64,000 nucleotides of DNA from Caecitellus pseudoparvulus (GCA_965644315.1 CBFFRQ010000096.1:328822-392821), one strand, 5' to 3'; shown: positions 11,475 through 23,112, counted from the first letter of the stretch. The notes: generated by a model from the sequence alone, not told the origin. Made by a program: numbers and translations.

Positions 11475-13832
11475 TCACGCACGGCGGGCTGCCATGATGC
11501 GCTCCCTCAGCTCGTTGAAGCGCTGCAGCGGAGAGGAGCCTGCTGCCGCGGACTCAGCCTGCACAGCTGCCAAGCGCGCGTTGAAGACGCTGGCTGCAGC
11601 AGCCTCACTTGACGAGTCGTCTGTGGCCCAGATGTCTGCAGTCGGCACAGGGACACGAGGGGGGGCACAGGAGCCCACCTCCTGCCTCACCCTTGGCGCC
11701 GGGCGCTGGGGGGGTGGGGAAGGCAGAGGCGCCACGCTTGGCACTGCCTCCTCCTCATCCCGCGGCTCATCTGCCTGGGGCAATGCATGCTGTGTAGGGC
11801 GCGGGTGGGCTGTGATCTGGGCCAGGCATGCCCGCAACTCTGCCACCTCCTCTGCCAAGCCAGCCCGCGCTGCACTCTCCACAGCAAGCTGCGCTCGTGT
11901 GGAGGCCAGTTCCCGGCTCATGTGCAGCTCATGGGTGGTGGGCGCAGGACTGCTGGTTGCCTCGGCAGCGACGCTGGCCTCAGCCTGCAGCAGGGCGCTG
12001 TCACTGGTCACCTCTAGGGCCACTGAAGCGCCAGCCTGCGTATCACACAAGTCATCCTCCTCCTCTGCCTCAGTGCCCGCTTCCTCCCCGTCCGCTGCTG
12101 GCACATGGGAGGGAGCCCCCGCCGCTGCGAAGTTGCTTTCGAGGTGGGCAATGGCCTGGGCCAGCTCAGGATCTTCCCGAGCGATGTGGCTCTTCACATC
12201 CAAGTCGGTGGCAGAGCCCCAGTCCAGGCGACTGGGCATGCCGTCGCTGGCGCTGGCGTCTGGCGCCCACGGACCCTCCAGCTCCGCCACGCTGGAGCCA
12301 GACACGTCAACGTCACTGGAGGCATCCATGGCGTCTCCGGGCGTGGCGGGTGCCGCTCGCTTCTTCGAGGCTTCCGAACGGACCTTGCGTTTCGTGTGGC
12401 GCCGGGCAGAGGAGGGCGGCGGCGACTGCCCCGCCACGAAGGCCAGCTGCTTCGGCAGGGACACGGCTGCAATGACCCCGCTGGAGGAAGAGCTGTACAC
12501 AGGCCTCGTCATGACGCCAAAGGACGTGTCCGCATCGGGCGCGGTGGTGGAGCAGGAGTCACGCGAGGCGTCCGAGTCAGCGGGGCCCACCTCTGGCGTG
12601 CCCTCGTCACGCTGCATGCCTGAGTAGTTCGCAGGGGTGGACAGCACGGCTGGTGCAGGGGCTGGGTCTGGGGACAGCACCGCTGCCGTGGCCGCGGCGG
12701 CCAGTGCAGTAGCCATGCCTTGTGGGTCGGCCTGGGCGGGGCTGCGGCAGGAGCGCGAGGCGGCAGTGGCGGCCTTCCGCGCCGCTGAGCGAGACACTGC
12801 CTTCATGAGGCGGCTCAGAAACTTGTCCTTGGAGGCAGGGGTGGACAGGGCTGCCGCGAAAGGCGACGCGCCAGTCTCCCCTTGCTGGCCAGGCCCACGG
12901 GGAGCGGGTGTGCGTGGCGCCTGTGCAGCTGGCGTGGCATGGCCGACCTGCACGCCGAAAGCGGGCGCCAGAGACTTCGCCACAGAAACTGCGTTGCCCG
13001 AGAAACGAGATCGAGCCACTTCAGGGGCCTTGACAGGGGCGCCTGTGCCAGCTGGGGTGGTGCCCATCTGGTCCACTGGGGTCAGCGGCGCGCAGGGCTC
13101 CCGTGGCGCTTGCTGCACAGCGTCTGACTGCCTGGCGAGGGGGGAAGCACCATCCTGCCACACAGCCGGTGCTGGGCTGGAGAACTGCAGCGCCCTTGCG
13201 ACGCCCTGGGGCCCTGCCGTCCCAGGAGTGTCAGGTGCGGCACCTGTGAGTCGGGTTCGTGTCTCAAGTGTCTGCACCACACAAGCGCAGGGCATCCCCC
13301 GCCTGCAACGAGGCCACTCACTGGAGGGTGGATTCTGTGGCTCGGAATAGATGGCTTGAGATGGTTTCGAGCTCGTCAGCTGGATGATGGGCGTCCCGTC
13401 CGGCGCCAGAGTGGTTCCTGGGTTTGCAAGCGTTTTGCCGTTGAAACGCTGCCGCCTGCCGCAGCTGGGGCGCACGCGCCACGCACTCAGTGAGGAGCCG
13501 TACTTCCTGGACAGTTCGGAAAAGGCCAGAGCATTGTGCCGTGACATCATGGAGAGCTTCCGCTCCAGCTGTGCGTGGGGCAGAGGTGCGCAGGCGCAGT
13601 GCCGTTGTCCGACCAAGGCACACGCTTCGCTGCGCAGACCCACCTGTTCCTGGGGGGAGGCCTTGTACGCCGTCAAATCATGCACAGTGTCGTCCCATTC
13701 AGGTCGAGGTCTGGGCTTGCTGCGCGCGGACCTGCGTGCATGCTTGCGCTTGTGAATGGTCTGGGCTGGCGTTGCCTTGGCCCGTTGCGAGTATGGGCTT
13801 CGATACCGCCGCCCGTACTCTGGCTCAGCCAT
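11475..13832 (-). CDS. SPICE1: SPICE1/CCDC52-like centriolar protein
   Basis: N-terminal 'RPEWDDTVHDLTAYKASPQEQ|LERKLSMMSRHN' resembles the conserved SPICE1 N-terminus (EWDxTVxDLTxxxA). The rest is low-complexity or coiled coil, with at least one intron near 13570-13643. Confidence 0.6.
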   Translation of the reverse strand: MAEPEYGRRYRSPYSQRAKATPAQTIHKRKHARRSARSKPRPRPEWDDTVHDLTAYKASPQEQVGLRSEACALVGQRHCACAPLPHAQLERKLSMMSRHNALAFSELSRKYGSSLSAWRVRPSCGRRQRFNGKTLANPGTTLAPDGTPIIQLTSSKPSQAIYSEPQNPPSSEWPRCRRGMPCACVVQTLETRTRLTGAAPDTPGTAGPQGVARALQFSSPAPAVWQDGASPLARQSDAVQQAPREPCAPLTPVDQMGTTPAGTGAPVKAPEVARSRFSGNAVSVAKSLAPAFGVQVGHATPAAQAPRTPAPRGPGQQGETGASPFAAALSTPASKDKFLSRLMKAVSRSAARKAATAASRSCRSPAQADPQGMATALAAAATAAVLSPDPAPAPAVLSTPANYSGMQRDEGTPEVGPADSDASRDSCSTTAPDADTSFGVMTRPVYSSSSSGVIAAVSLPKQLAFVAGQSPPPSSARRHTKRKVRSEASKKRAAPATPGDAMDASSDVDVSGSSVAELEGPWAPDASASDGMPSRLDWGSATDLDVKSHIAREDPELAQAIAHLESNFAAAGAPSHVPAADGEEAGTEAEEEDDLCDTQAGASVALEVTSDSALLQAEASVAAEATSSPAPTTHELHMSRELASTRAQLAVESAARAGLAEEVAELRACLAQITAHPRPTQHALPQADEPRDEEEAVPSVAPLPSPPPQRPAPRVRQEVGSCAPPRVPVPTADIWATDDSSSEAAAASVFNARLAAVQAESAAAGSSPLQRFNELRERIMAARRA

Positions 13833-13963
13833 GACTACAGGAGAGGCCAGCGGCAGACAAGGCGGGGATATAGCACCGTTAGTCAATGCTTGGACCCTGT
13901 GCATGTCGACGCGGTCCGAGGTTTTGTATTTGCAAGTCTGTCCTGAGTGCAAGGATGCCCCGC

Positions 13964-16900
13964 CTAGCCTTTGCGGGAGGCCCGCTTCGCAGCCTTGCCC
14001 TTGCGCACAGCCGTGCTCACCTTTGCCATGCGGGCCGAAGCAGCAGCTTCTGCCGCCTTGATCGCGCGTGTGTTCTTGAGCAGCGCCGCGGCGCTGCCAC
14101 TCATGGCCCCCGTGCCTGTGCCAGCATATGCTGGTTGCCCGCCGTGTCCATGCTTTAGCTGGCCAACCTGGGCACCGGTGGCAGCACTGCCACCGGCACC
14201 AGCTAGACGCATCCCTCTCGCACGCTGCAGCGCTGCCTCTGACGCCGTCTTGCCAAATCCAGAGCGGTCCGCTGCGACCCCAAAACGCACGCCTACCACG
14301 CTGGTGGCGGCATTGCCCAGCTGCACCTTGCTGCGGCCAGGCAGGCCCCAGCGCTGGCGCCCTCGCTCTTGCAGACGGCGTGCCACGGCGGCTTGGTGGC
14401 CAGCAGGCAGCTTGGCGGCTGCTGTTACGACGTCAGGCCCCACGGCCACAGCGGCAGGCAAGGACCGTGTGACGTGGGTTCCGCGCTGCTCCACTGTCAC
14501 AGGTCCAGCAGACAGACAGCTGACGCCTTGGCGGAGGCGCAGACAGGGCTGGTCCGTCAGCGCAACAGGTTGTGCAGCAGCGCGGCGTTCTTGGGGGGGA
14601 GCGTGGGGTTGAGCAGGCAGGGCCGCGCCACCGCCCAGGATCTCACCCAGGATGCGAGGCCGAGGGGCGGAGGCACGGCCCTCCCCGAGCAGCAGCACAC
14701 GAACTGTGTCAGTTGCACGCCAGGTGAGTACAGCTTGCCCCGCAGCCACGATGCTCAGGGTATCGTCCCCTACGTCCAAAGTGTATGTGGGCGGGAGGGA
14801 CCGACGCAGGTGCCCGGCGTCGTGCAGCTCGTGAAGCTGCGCCAGCACAGGGCTGTCCGAGGGGAGGAACGCCGACAAACGGTCGACAGCTGTGGCTGAC
14901 CCCGTCTCGGCGGCTGGAATCAGGTCTGGCGGGGCGGCCACACCCTCGTCCGATGCAAGGTGGCAGCGCACTTTCACGTCATAGCGAGGCACCCACACGG
15001 TCAAGCCCGTCTCATGCACACTGTGCACAACACCAGTGTGCACTTCTGCCCGTCCAGACAGGTGCAACTGTGCAAACAGGTGCTGGCATTCACGGGACAC
15101 CTGCCTTGCAGCACGTGTGCGGTCATTCAAGTGCTGCACAGTCGCAGCGAGGTTGGTCGCTGAAAAGAGCGCGCGCCCCGCCCCAAGCTGGGTATTTGCT
15201 GGGGCTGTGCTTGTGCACTGGATGTCAGTGGGCGCCGGGTCCTGAATGGTCACGTCCACTTCGCCAGGAGGCGGGCCCATGTCCAGCAAGTCTCCCAAAA
15301 GGTCGTCCCCAGGCAGGTGCTCCTGAGGGACTGCAGGCGTCACCTCTGACTCAGCACTCGGCGTTGTCTGCAGCAAGGGCTGGGCTTGGGCAACGTGAGG
15401 GATGGGAAGACCCAGTGCCTCACGCAGCAGGCGGTGCACCATCAGGTCCGCGTACCGGCGGATGGGGGAGGTGAAGTGCGTGTACAGGTTCAAGCCGATG
15501 CCGTAGTGCGCCAAGGGCCAGGTCATCACGCGCGCAACTGCCGAGGGCGACGTCCCGGTTGCGTTCAGGTCTGTGTGCGCAGTGTACGTTCGGGCCAGGT
15601 CCCCACCCTGCAGCCCTGCCTCCTGCACCTCGGCTGGCGCGGCCAAGCGCCCCGCGACGGCATACTTCGCCTCCGTCATGGCCTGCGTAGCAGTGCTCAC
15701 CAGAAGTGCGTATGCCTCGGCGGTCAGCGCAGCACCTTGCAGCGCCTGCAAAGCGTGCGCCAGAGCAGCGTTGCTGTGGGACGCATCCTGCAGGGTGGGA
15801 AGTTTACCCGCACGCGCCAGCGCCAGCAGACGGCCGAAGCTGTCCCCCTGCGCTGGGGTGTGATGACGCACCAGGGCGAGTTCTGGCACGTGGCGGCACA
15901 TGAGTGCCGCCGCCTGGGCATTGCCCAGGACCATGAGCTCGGCAATGGTGCCGTGCATCTCGACATGGTCAGGCCTCACGACACCCACTGGTTTCCCAGT
16001 CTCGGGGTCCAGCTTGAACCGCAGTTCTGCCCCCTCGTTGGCCTCTGCCGTGAGTGCGACACTTCCACACTCCTCACGCCTCGCCTGGGTCCACCGCGCG
16101 AAGCGCAGCAGCATGCGCACCCGCCACCGGAGACCCTCCACCTCATCAACAGGCAGCGGGTCTCCACAGGAGCCACCCTCTCCTTGCAGGTCATGCCCCA
16201 TGCCGAGGTCGTGCACTGCGCTGTCTGGGCGTGTCGCAGGCATGCGGCCGTCAGCCAGGGCCTGGGCCTGTTCGTACGTCATGGCAGCTGTGGACCGGAT
16301 GACGGACAGGCCCACCCACGTTGCGTCAGGGCACAGGGAGAATGCCCCCGGGGCGCTCGATGCGGCGGGGGGGGGATCGTACGCGCCAGTGGCGGGGGAC
16401 ACCCAGGCGTCACCGCCCTCCTCGTCGCCACCGTCCACATCCACGACCCACAGCATGCTGAAGGCGTAGCGATCCACGCCGGGGCGCAGACTGCACAGGC
16501 ACTCCGACAGGGCGGCCGGCAGCATGTCCATGCGCTTGTGGGGCAGGTACACCGTGGTGCCCCGCCCTGCCGCCTCGGCGTCCAGGGGACTGCCCATGCG
16601 CACGAAGTGCGCTACGTCGGCGATGTGCACTCCGAACTCCACTTTGCCACCGCCCAGGCGGCGCACAGACAGCACGTCGTCAATGTCCTGGCACCCTGGC
16701 GGGTCGATGCTGGTCATGCAGCCTGCGTGGGACGACCTAAGGTCGCGGCGCCCCAGGCTTGTTGCGCTTTGCACCACCTTGCACTCGCTCTGCCACAGCC
16801 TGTGCGCAGGGGTGTCCTGTGCTGGGCGACCCAGCAGTCGCCACACGTGGTCAGCCTGCCATGCGGCTGACCAGGCATACCGCGAAGCACTGGATGCAGG

Positions 16901-18714
16901 CGGAGAGGGTGTCGGCGGCAGGCAGGCGACGGCACGGTCTCCATGGGGGGAGGCGTGCTGGGCCGTGTCAGTCGCGTGCAGGACGGCAGTGACTTCCGCA
17001 TCCACCGACAGGGCGTCGCCCAGAGAGGACATCACGTTGCCATGGGGGTCTTGTTGTTGGCGAGTCCAAGAGGCCACCGCCACCAGGATGCGCCGACCCA
17101 CCCATGTGTCCCCCCCCTGCACCATGACCTTGGGCAGCCGGCTGGACAGGGGCACGGCGCCCACCAGGCGGTGGCCTGCCTGCCCCACCTCCTCCACCGG
17201 GAAAGACGCCGGCACACTGCGGCAGCCACGCTGCACGATGCCCACCACCATCCCCAAGCACCCCTCTACAACGGTGCACCTCGAAATAGCAGCGTGCAGG
17301 TCGTCAGGGCCAATGCTGGCGCTGGCGCCGGTGAGGGCGGCTGCCGGGTCAGCGCCACTGGCGGGGTCGAAGCCGGGGCACAGGGCACAGGCCAAGCTGG
17401 AGAGGAGGGAAGTGCGTGCGTCCATGCCTGCCGCCTCCTCCCGCGCGCGCCACAGCCACACCTTGTCGCCGTGCAGCGCCCTGTTCACTGCGAGGGGGGA
17501 CGGCACCTCCACCGTCTGCCCGGCCCACCTCACCTGGCCACGCTCGCCGTGGCTGCCCCGAGGCGCAGTGAACTCTCCGTGCACCAGCTTGCCTGCCTGC
17601 TCCAGGCTCTCGGCCGCCTGCTTGGAGATGTGTGGCAGCCACAGGGGGCCGGAGGAGGTGCGCCCAGCGCCTGCCTTTGCATACGCAGCCGCCCGGGCTT
17701 CGTCGCACTGCGAGGCACTGCGCATTGCAGCCTGGGCCAGGGGCGCAGGGGCGGAGTACCCCCGCACGAGGCTCTGCAGGGCCTGTTCCACGCTGGTCAA
17801 GGCGCAGGCAGCGCCGTTGTCTGCGAGGCGCTGGAGGGCCGCGCGAAGGCCAGCCGCCCGGGGCTCCCCATCCCCCAGGCCAGTCACACAGGAAACGGTC
17901 GCCCCTGGAAAGGCATGGCAGAGCAAGGTGCAGCATGCCAGCAGTGCAGGCCCATCGGGCGGCAGCACTGCCTGCGGCTCGGCGCTGTCTGCTGCTATGG
18001 TTGGTGCTGAGCCCGCAGTGTCGGCAGTTTCCGGAAGGTCTGAGGGTCCCAGGCTGAGCAAGTCGCCAAGGAGATCGTCAGGCTCATGCACGGCCTGGAC
18101 AGGTGCGGGTGCAGCAGGGCTGTGGGTGGGATCGGCCGTGGTGGCTGTGGGAATGCGCTGTCGCAGTGCAGTGGCCAGGATGACCGTGTCAGGCATCACG
18201 TGCAGCGCGCTGGAAGGCTGGCCTGGGGCGCGCGCCGAGAACTCTGACACCAGCCTGGAAATGGTCCTGGATCGCTTGAGGATTGACTGCTCGCCGGCAG
18301 CCTCCAGGCTGGACGTCGCCACGACAATGAGCACGCTGTGTCGTGGGCAGGAGGCCACGGTCGGCAGAACCAGATCCCACACCTCGTTGAACTGCGCAGA
18401 GGGCAAGGGACGTGCGGACAAGCGTGGGCGGGTGCCTCCAGCACTACACACAAATACCAAGCTCTCAGCATCCAGGAGCAAGACTTGGGAAGGCTGCACG
18501 CTGTGCACGAGAATAGGCAAGCGACGGCTGCGGATATTGAGCGCCCACCGGCGCAGCAATGCACGAACCCGGTCGGTGTGAACGCTTGCAGGGTCTGGGT
18601 TCCCATTTGCAAGTACCTCTCACGAAGTCGCAGGCTAAGGCGGCCGTCTGCTCTGCTGAAAAAGCGGCGGTCGTGCACTACTGCAGCCTTGGCGGCTGCG
18701 GTGGAGGCAGCCAT
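13964..18714 (-). CDS. DIS3/RNase II-family 3'-5' exoribonuclease (degenerate PIN + RNB)
   Basis: RNB motifs SIDPPGCQDIDDVLS, GVHIADV, RGTTVYL, IAELMVLGN, HYGIGLNLYTHFTSPIRRYADLMVHRLL; OB motif NRALHGDKV; DIS3-like N-terminus (RERYL) and PIN-like 'VLLLDAESL' across two 5' introns. Confidence 0.88.
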
Positions 18715-18810
18715 GGCATGACGAGCGGGCAGAGCCAGGCGGGTGGACTGACGCGCGTCGCTGCCAAGGGGCGTGTGGCAGGGACTGACGAGGGTGCATT
18801 GTAGCGAGCC

Positions 18811-19827
18811 TCACACAATGCCGTGGCCCGACCGGGTCAAGCCCCGCTTCGCGCTCCACCCCACGGCGTTGTAGTCCAGGCGCCGCAAGTACATGATCTG
18901 CGTCCCCAGCACCACGAACATGACGACGGCCTCAATGACAGTGTACACCAGCACCCTGTACCGCGTCGAGCGCTGGGTGTGCTGGTTCCTGGCGAAGCGC
19001 TTGGCAAAGTACTCTTGCTCGCCTTGACAGTCGTCCAGCGTGGCGGTGATGGCGGCCACGCGGGCTGCCATGACGCCCGTGCCCCCCGCCTCGTCTGCGT
19101 CCCACTGGGGGTCCAGCGTGTCCACGCCCCGGCGCCACGCCAGCGTCACGCTGCGGCTCGTCCACGCGTCTGGATTCGTGAGCGTCACCGTGTACGTGCC
19201 TGCCTTGGCGAAGAACTGGAAGGTGCCCTGCCCTTCCCCCCGCTGGGACACGAGCAGTGTGCCTTCGGGGTCCACGATGTCAAAGTCCAGCGTGAACTCA
19301 TTGCCGTGCACGACGAAGTAGTCGCCCTTGACAATGGTGCCTTCCTCGGGCCCCGGCACCTCCTCCAACAGGTCGAATCGCTCGCCAGGCGCCAACTGCA
19401 CAGTCAGCAGTCTGTGCGGCACCCACGCACTCGCATGGATGGAGTTGCCTGCGTCCACACCACCACTTGCCCCATCGGCGTACTTTTCGGCGTCGTTTGG
19501 CTGGAAGAGGGGGGGCAGGCGCGAGCGGGGGTGGCGCCGGCGCTTCAAGGCCTGGACACCACCACCCCTGGGCGGGCTGTCGCCTTGCTGCAGTCCTGGC
19601 TCCACCTGCTCACCCATGGCATGGGGGGGAAGTTGGAGGGCCGGAGGTGCATGCTCAGTCTCTGGCACCTGGCCTCCTTCGGGCGCCTCTCCGCCCACGC
19701 CCTGGCTGCTGGAGGGTGCGCCATTTGCGTCAGCGTTACCACCTGAAACGGCAGGTGCGCTGTCCGTCTCCCCAGAAGCACCCAAGGCGAGGGACGCCAG
19801 ACAAAGCCCGCAGATTAACCTCCACAT
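18811..19827 (-). CDS. p24/emp24/gp25L (TMED) GOLD-domain cargo receptor
   Basis: Signal peptide MWRLICGLCLASLALGA, GOLD domain (LDFDIVDPEG...GTFQFFAKAGTYTVTLTN), coiled coil, 'STRYRVLVYTVIEAVVMFVVLGTQIMYLRR' TM, C-terminal Val. Confidence 0.85.
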   Translation of the reverse strand: MWRLICGLCLASLALGASGETDSAPAVSGGNADANGAPSSSQGVGGEAPEGGQVPETEHAPPALQLPPHAMGEQVEPGLQQGDSPPRGGGVQALKRRRHPRSRLPPLFQPNDAEKYADGASGGVDAGNSIHASAWVPHRLLTVQLAPGERFDLLEEVPGPEEGTIVKGDYFVVHGNEFTLDFDIVDPEGTLLVSQRGEGQGTFQFFAKAGTYTVTLTNPDAWTSRSVTLAWRRGVDTLDPQWDADEAGGTGVMAARVAAITATLDDCQGEQEYFAKRFARNQHTQRSTRYRVLVYTVIEAVVMFVVLGTQIMYLRRLDYNAVGWSAKRGLTRSGHGIV

Positions 19828-20243
19828 TGTCCCTCGACACGTTACATGCACCAAGTGCCTCCCGTTTGCGCGCTGCACCTTTGCAGCGCCAGGCAGGTCA
19901 GGCTGCGCTTCACGTGGCTGGAGCTGCCCGAATACGAGCGCCTGCAGCGAGAGAGCAAGCTCAAGAGCCAGCCCTCGATCCATGCACATGCACTTCGTGT
20001 GGAGTTTAAGATGTGACCTCGAGTGCTGCTGACAGAAGGTGAATGTGGACTGGAACTCTGCCAGGCCCGCTGCAAGATGGTCAAGGCGCCACAGTCCAGA
20101 GAAAGGCTGTGACAGCAATCAGAGAGACAACACACATCACATGCTTTCCTCGCTGTAGCCCAGCATGTTTCCTGTTCCTTATACAGCTGCTGAGCCGCTG
20201 GGTACTGCTGCATGCAGCAGAGCGGCTGCGAGCAGTTCGAGCC

Positions 20244-21789
20244 ATGAAACTGCGCCGAAACGCCTTGCGCCTCCTTGCAGGGCTGGGCGCTGTTTCCGTG
20301 GCTCTGTGCTTGGAATCATCGTCTACATTTGACCTCCCTATTGTGCAATCCATACTGGTGCATCGCCATGGGGATCGGTGAGGCTCCCTGCCTGCAATGG
20401 CGCCGGCAGGTCCATGGCGCAACCAGTTCAAACCTTTGCTTCCACAGCTCCCTCCTCCAGTGCCTGCCTGCCGCCACTGGCTGTGCAGAGTTCTGGAAGG
20501 ACGGATACGGGATGCTGACGGGGCGTGGCGAGCACCAACTGCACTCGCTAGGCACCGCCCTCCGCCAGCGCTACGTGCTGGACCAGGGCCTCATCCCCGC
20601 CAACTTCTCGCGCTCAGCCACGTATGCTCGCAGCACGGACCTGGACCGCACGTTGCAAAGCGCCATGTCTCTCCTGCAGGGGCTGTACCCGCCCGGAACT
20701 GGTCTGTGGTCCGATGGGCCGGGTCTGCCTGAGGCTCTCTCCCTACCGCCAGTGCACACTGTGGCCAAGAGCCAGGAGAGCTTGCTGCTGGGCGGCGACA
20801 CGACGGTGTGCCCTCCCGTAGAGGCCATTGACGCCGCTGTGAATGCGCAGCACGCGGCGGAGGACGCAGCTGAAGCGGCACGCTTGGCTGCGCCGCTGGC
20901 CACCTTGTCCCGTGCAGTGGGGGCGGAGCCTCCCCTGACTCTTGCCCAGGCGGGGGTCGTGGCAGACAGCTTGCTGTGCATGCGAGCACATGGGCGGCCT
21001 TGGCCCGCTGGCGTCACAGACGCCTTGTACAACGCCTCGCAGGCGGCGCACGACTGGGCCGTGTGGCAGCGGTACCGCTCCCCAACCCAGCAGAAGCTGA
21101 ACGGGGGTCTGTTGCTGGGCATGTTCCTGGACCGCCTGACGGCCCGGGCGCAGAATGCCAGCCAGCCAGGGTGGCAACCCAGCCAGTACCCCGCACCCCA
21201 TGGAGCCAGTCGCTTGGGGCCCAACCTGGCGCTGTACTCGGCTCACGACACAACGCTGTACAACATACTCTTCGCCGCGGGCGTGTTCCGGCAACCTGAG
21301 CCAAACCCGCCCTACGCGAGCTCCGTGGTGATGGAGTTGGTACAGATGCCTGGGGCGGAACCTGGCTCGCTGTCGGGCTGGGCGGTGCGCATGTGGTACA
21401 ATCGTGGTGTGGGGACGGCAGACAGCGGGGGCTTCCCGCCTCCGTTCCACGCCGACAACGTCGTGCAGGTGCCTGGCTGCGAGGCAGACAATGTGGGGCA
21501 GGGCGGGGACGTGCTGTGTCCCCTCTCTGCATTGCTGCAGCTCATGCAGGGCCGCGTGTGGAGCCAGGCACAGTACGACGCCCAGTGCGCTCCGGCGACG
21601 CCAACGCCCGCCACTGCGCCGACGTACCCCAAGTGGCTGCAGGTCACGGGGCCCATCCTGGCGTTCGTCCTGGGCGTCTTGAGCATGGCAGGGGTCTGGT
21701 GGGCGTTCTTACGGCGCCCCACCGCCCCTCCACCCCCAGCCTCCTCCCCGGCAGTGTGGGAACGGGAGGCGCTAGTGTCCCCCGCGTGA
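20244..21789 (+). CDS. Histidine acid phosphatase (clade 2, lysosomal-type, type I membrane)
   Basis: Signal peptide; RHGDR motif split by intron 20378-20447; GMLTGRG, RSTDLDRTLQSA, YSAHDTT, PPYASSVVMEL; C-terminal TM and an ExxxLV dileucine-like sorting motif. Confidence 0.9.
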
Positions 21790-21804
21790 CGCTGCGCGCA
21801 CCAA

Positions 21805-23112
21805 CTACACACCGGGCGCACCACGCCCACGGGCCCGCTGTGCAGCCTTCTTGGCCTTCTTGGCCTTCTGCTGCAGCTTCTTCAGTGCGTACTTGCGTTC
21901 AATCTCCACTTCATCCGCCTCGAGCAGGTCCAGGTACGCCTGAGGCACGGGGTTGTCGTCCACCCACTGGTCGAAGTCCGCGACCTCTGGCGCAGGCTTG
22001 CCTGCCGCTGCATCCTCGTAGAATGCATCAATCTCCATGGCCTCCCGGTGCCTGGGCTCGAAGATGTTCACCAGCAGGGAGCCCGTGTCCACCGCCATCC
22101 AGTGCTCCTGCTCCCGCCCCTCCACAGCCCAGTGCGGGTGCATGTCGGGGCCTGGGCGGAGGCCCCGCCGTGACAGCGCCTTGACAATGTGGTCCCCCAT
22201 GCGCCGCATGTGCCCCACAGTGCGCCCGTTCACGAACAGCACGTGCGTCACCCCCATCGCTTCAAAGTGCTCGTGCACGCCGGCAGTGGGGTACACCGCC
22301 AACTGCAGCCCGCCCTCTGCCTGCAGGATGCTGGTCACGTCATCCAGCGTCAGGGGCTGACCGGGCAGCGTGGGCACGGCAAGGGACCCCTTCTCCCTCG
22401 TAGTGGGTGGTACCCACGCAGCGTAGTCGTCCTGGGGCGGGAAGTTCGTCGCCGCCGCCTCCCCACCGTACATGCGCGCCAGCGCGTCGTGAGCCTGAGC
22501 CGCCTCCAGCGCGGTAGCATACTCGCCCCCCGAGATCTCGGTGCCGTTGTGCTCCACGACAGCCTCAAAGGTCTCGGACCGAGTCAAGTACCACACGCCG
22601 ATGTACTTCTTGACAGGCTTCTCTGGCACGTCCTTGTCGGGGGATGTGTCCAGCGCGTGCCACTCACACGCGTACACGTATGCGTCATGCGCCTGCTCAG
22701 GCGTCTCGTACGTGCCCAGGTCCACCCACTCGCCATCCAGCTTCACCCTTGAAAACCACACCTGCCTCTCCTTGCTCCAGTACGCCCCCATGAGGGTGTC
22801 GTGCTCCGAGTCCACTGTCAGCCCAGTGCTGTCACCGCCGAGCACGCCATCGTCGGCGGCGGCCCCTCGCTTCGCATCCCTACCCCGCCTGGACGACCGC
22901 CTTGACTGGCGCGTCAAGCTGCGGTTGCCGCCTTTCTTAACTGAGGTGCTGGGGCCGTGCGAGGCACACCTGACAGCTGTCTGGGGCTGCGCAAGGCTGC
23001 CTGGCACCTGCATGACAGTTCCAGGCAAGAACAGTCGCACGCTCTGCAATGGCCGCGCAAGCAGCCGTGGGACAGGTCTGCCCCACTGATACACGGCCAG
23101 TGCAGCTGCCAT
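21805..23112 (-). CDS. Mitochondrion-targeted protein with two AP2-like domains fused to a RsfS/Iojap/MALSU1 ribosome-silencing domain
   Basis: Arg/Ser-rich, acid-free presequence (…AVRCASH). AP2-like 'GAYWSKERQVWFSRVKLDGEWVDLGTYETPEQAHDAY' and 'KYIGVWY...GGEYATALEAAQAHDALARMYGGEAAATNF'. RsfS-like 'VLFVNGRTVGHM...VEGREQEHWMAVDTGSLLVNIFEPRHREAMEIDAFY'. Confidence 0.75.
   Translation of the reverse strand: MAAALAVYQWGRPVPRLLARPLQSVRLFLPGTVMQVPGSLAQPQTAVRCASHGPSTSVKKGGNRSLTRQSRRSSRRGRDAKRGAAADDGVLGGDSTGLTVDSEHDTLMGAYWSKERQVWFSRVKLDGEWVDLGTYETPEQAHDAYVYACEWHALDTSPDKDVPEKPVKKYIGVWYLTRSETFEAVVEHNGTEISGGEYATALEAAQAHDALARMYGGEAAATNFPPQDDYAAWVPPTTREKGSLAVPTLPGQPLTLDDVTSILQAEGGLQLAVYPTAGVHEHFEAMGVTHVLFVNGRTVGHMRRMGDHIVKALSRRGLRPGPDMHPHWAVEGREQEHWMAVDTGSLLVNIFEPRHREAMEIDAFYEDAAAGKPAPEVADFDQWVDDNPVPQAYLDLLEADEVEIERKYALKKLQQKAKKAKKAAQRARGRGAPGV

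Noticed and set aside
16524-18581. Long antisense or alternate-frame ORFs (also 23297-24970, 36372-38333, 42128-43981, 59406-61586)
   Set aside because: They overlap well-supported genes, have no recognisable motifs, and are expected shadows of GC-rich, GC3-biased coding DNA.
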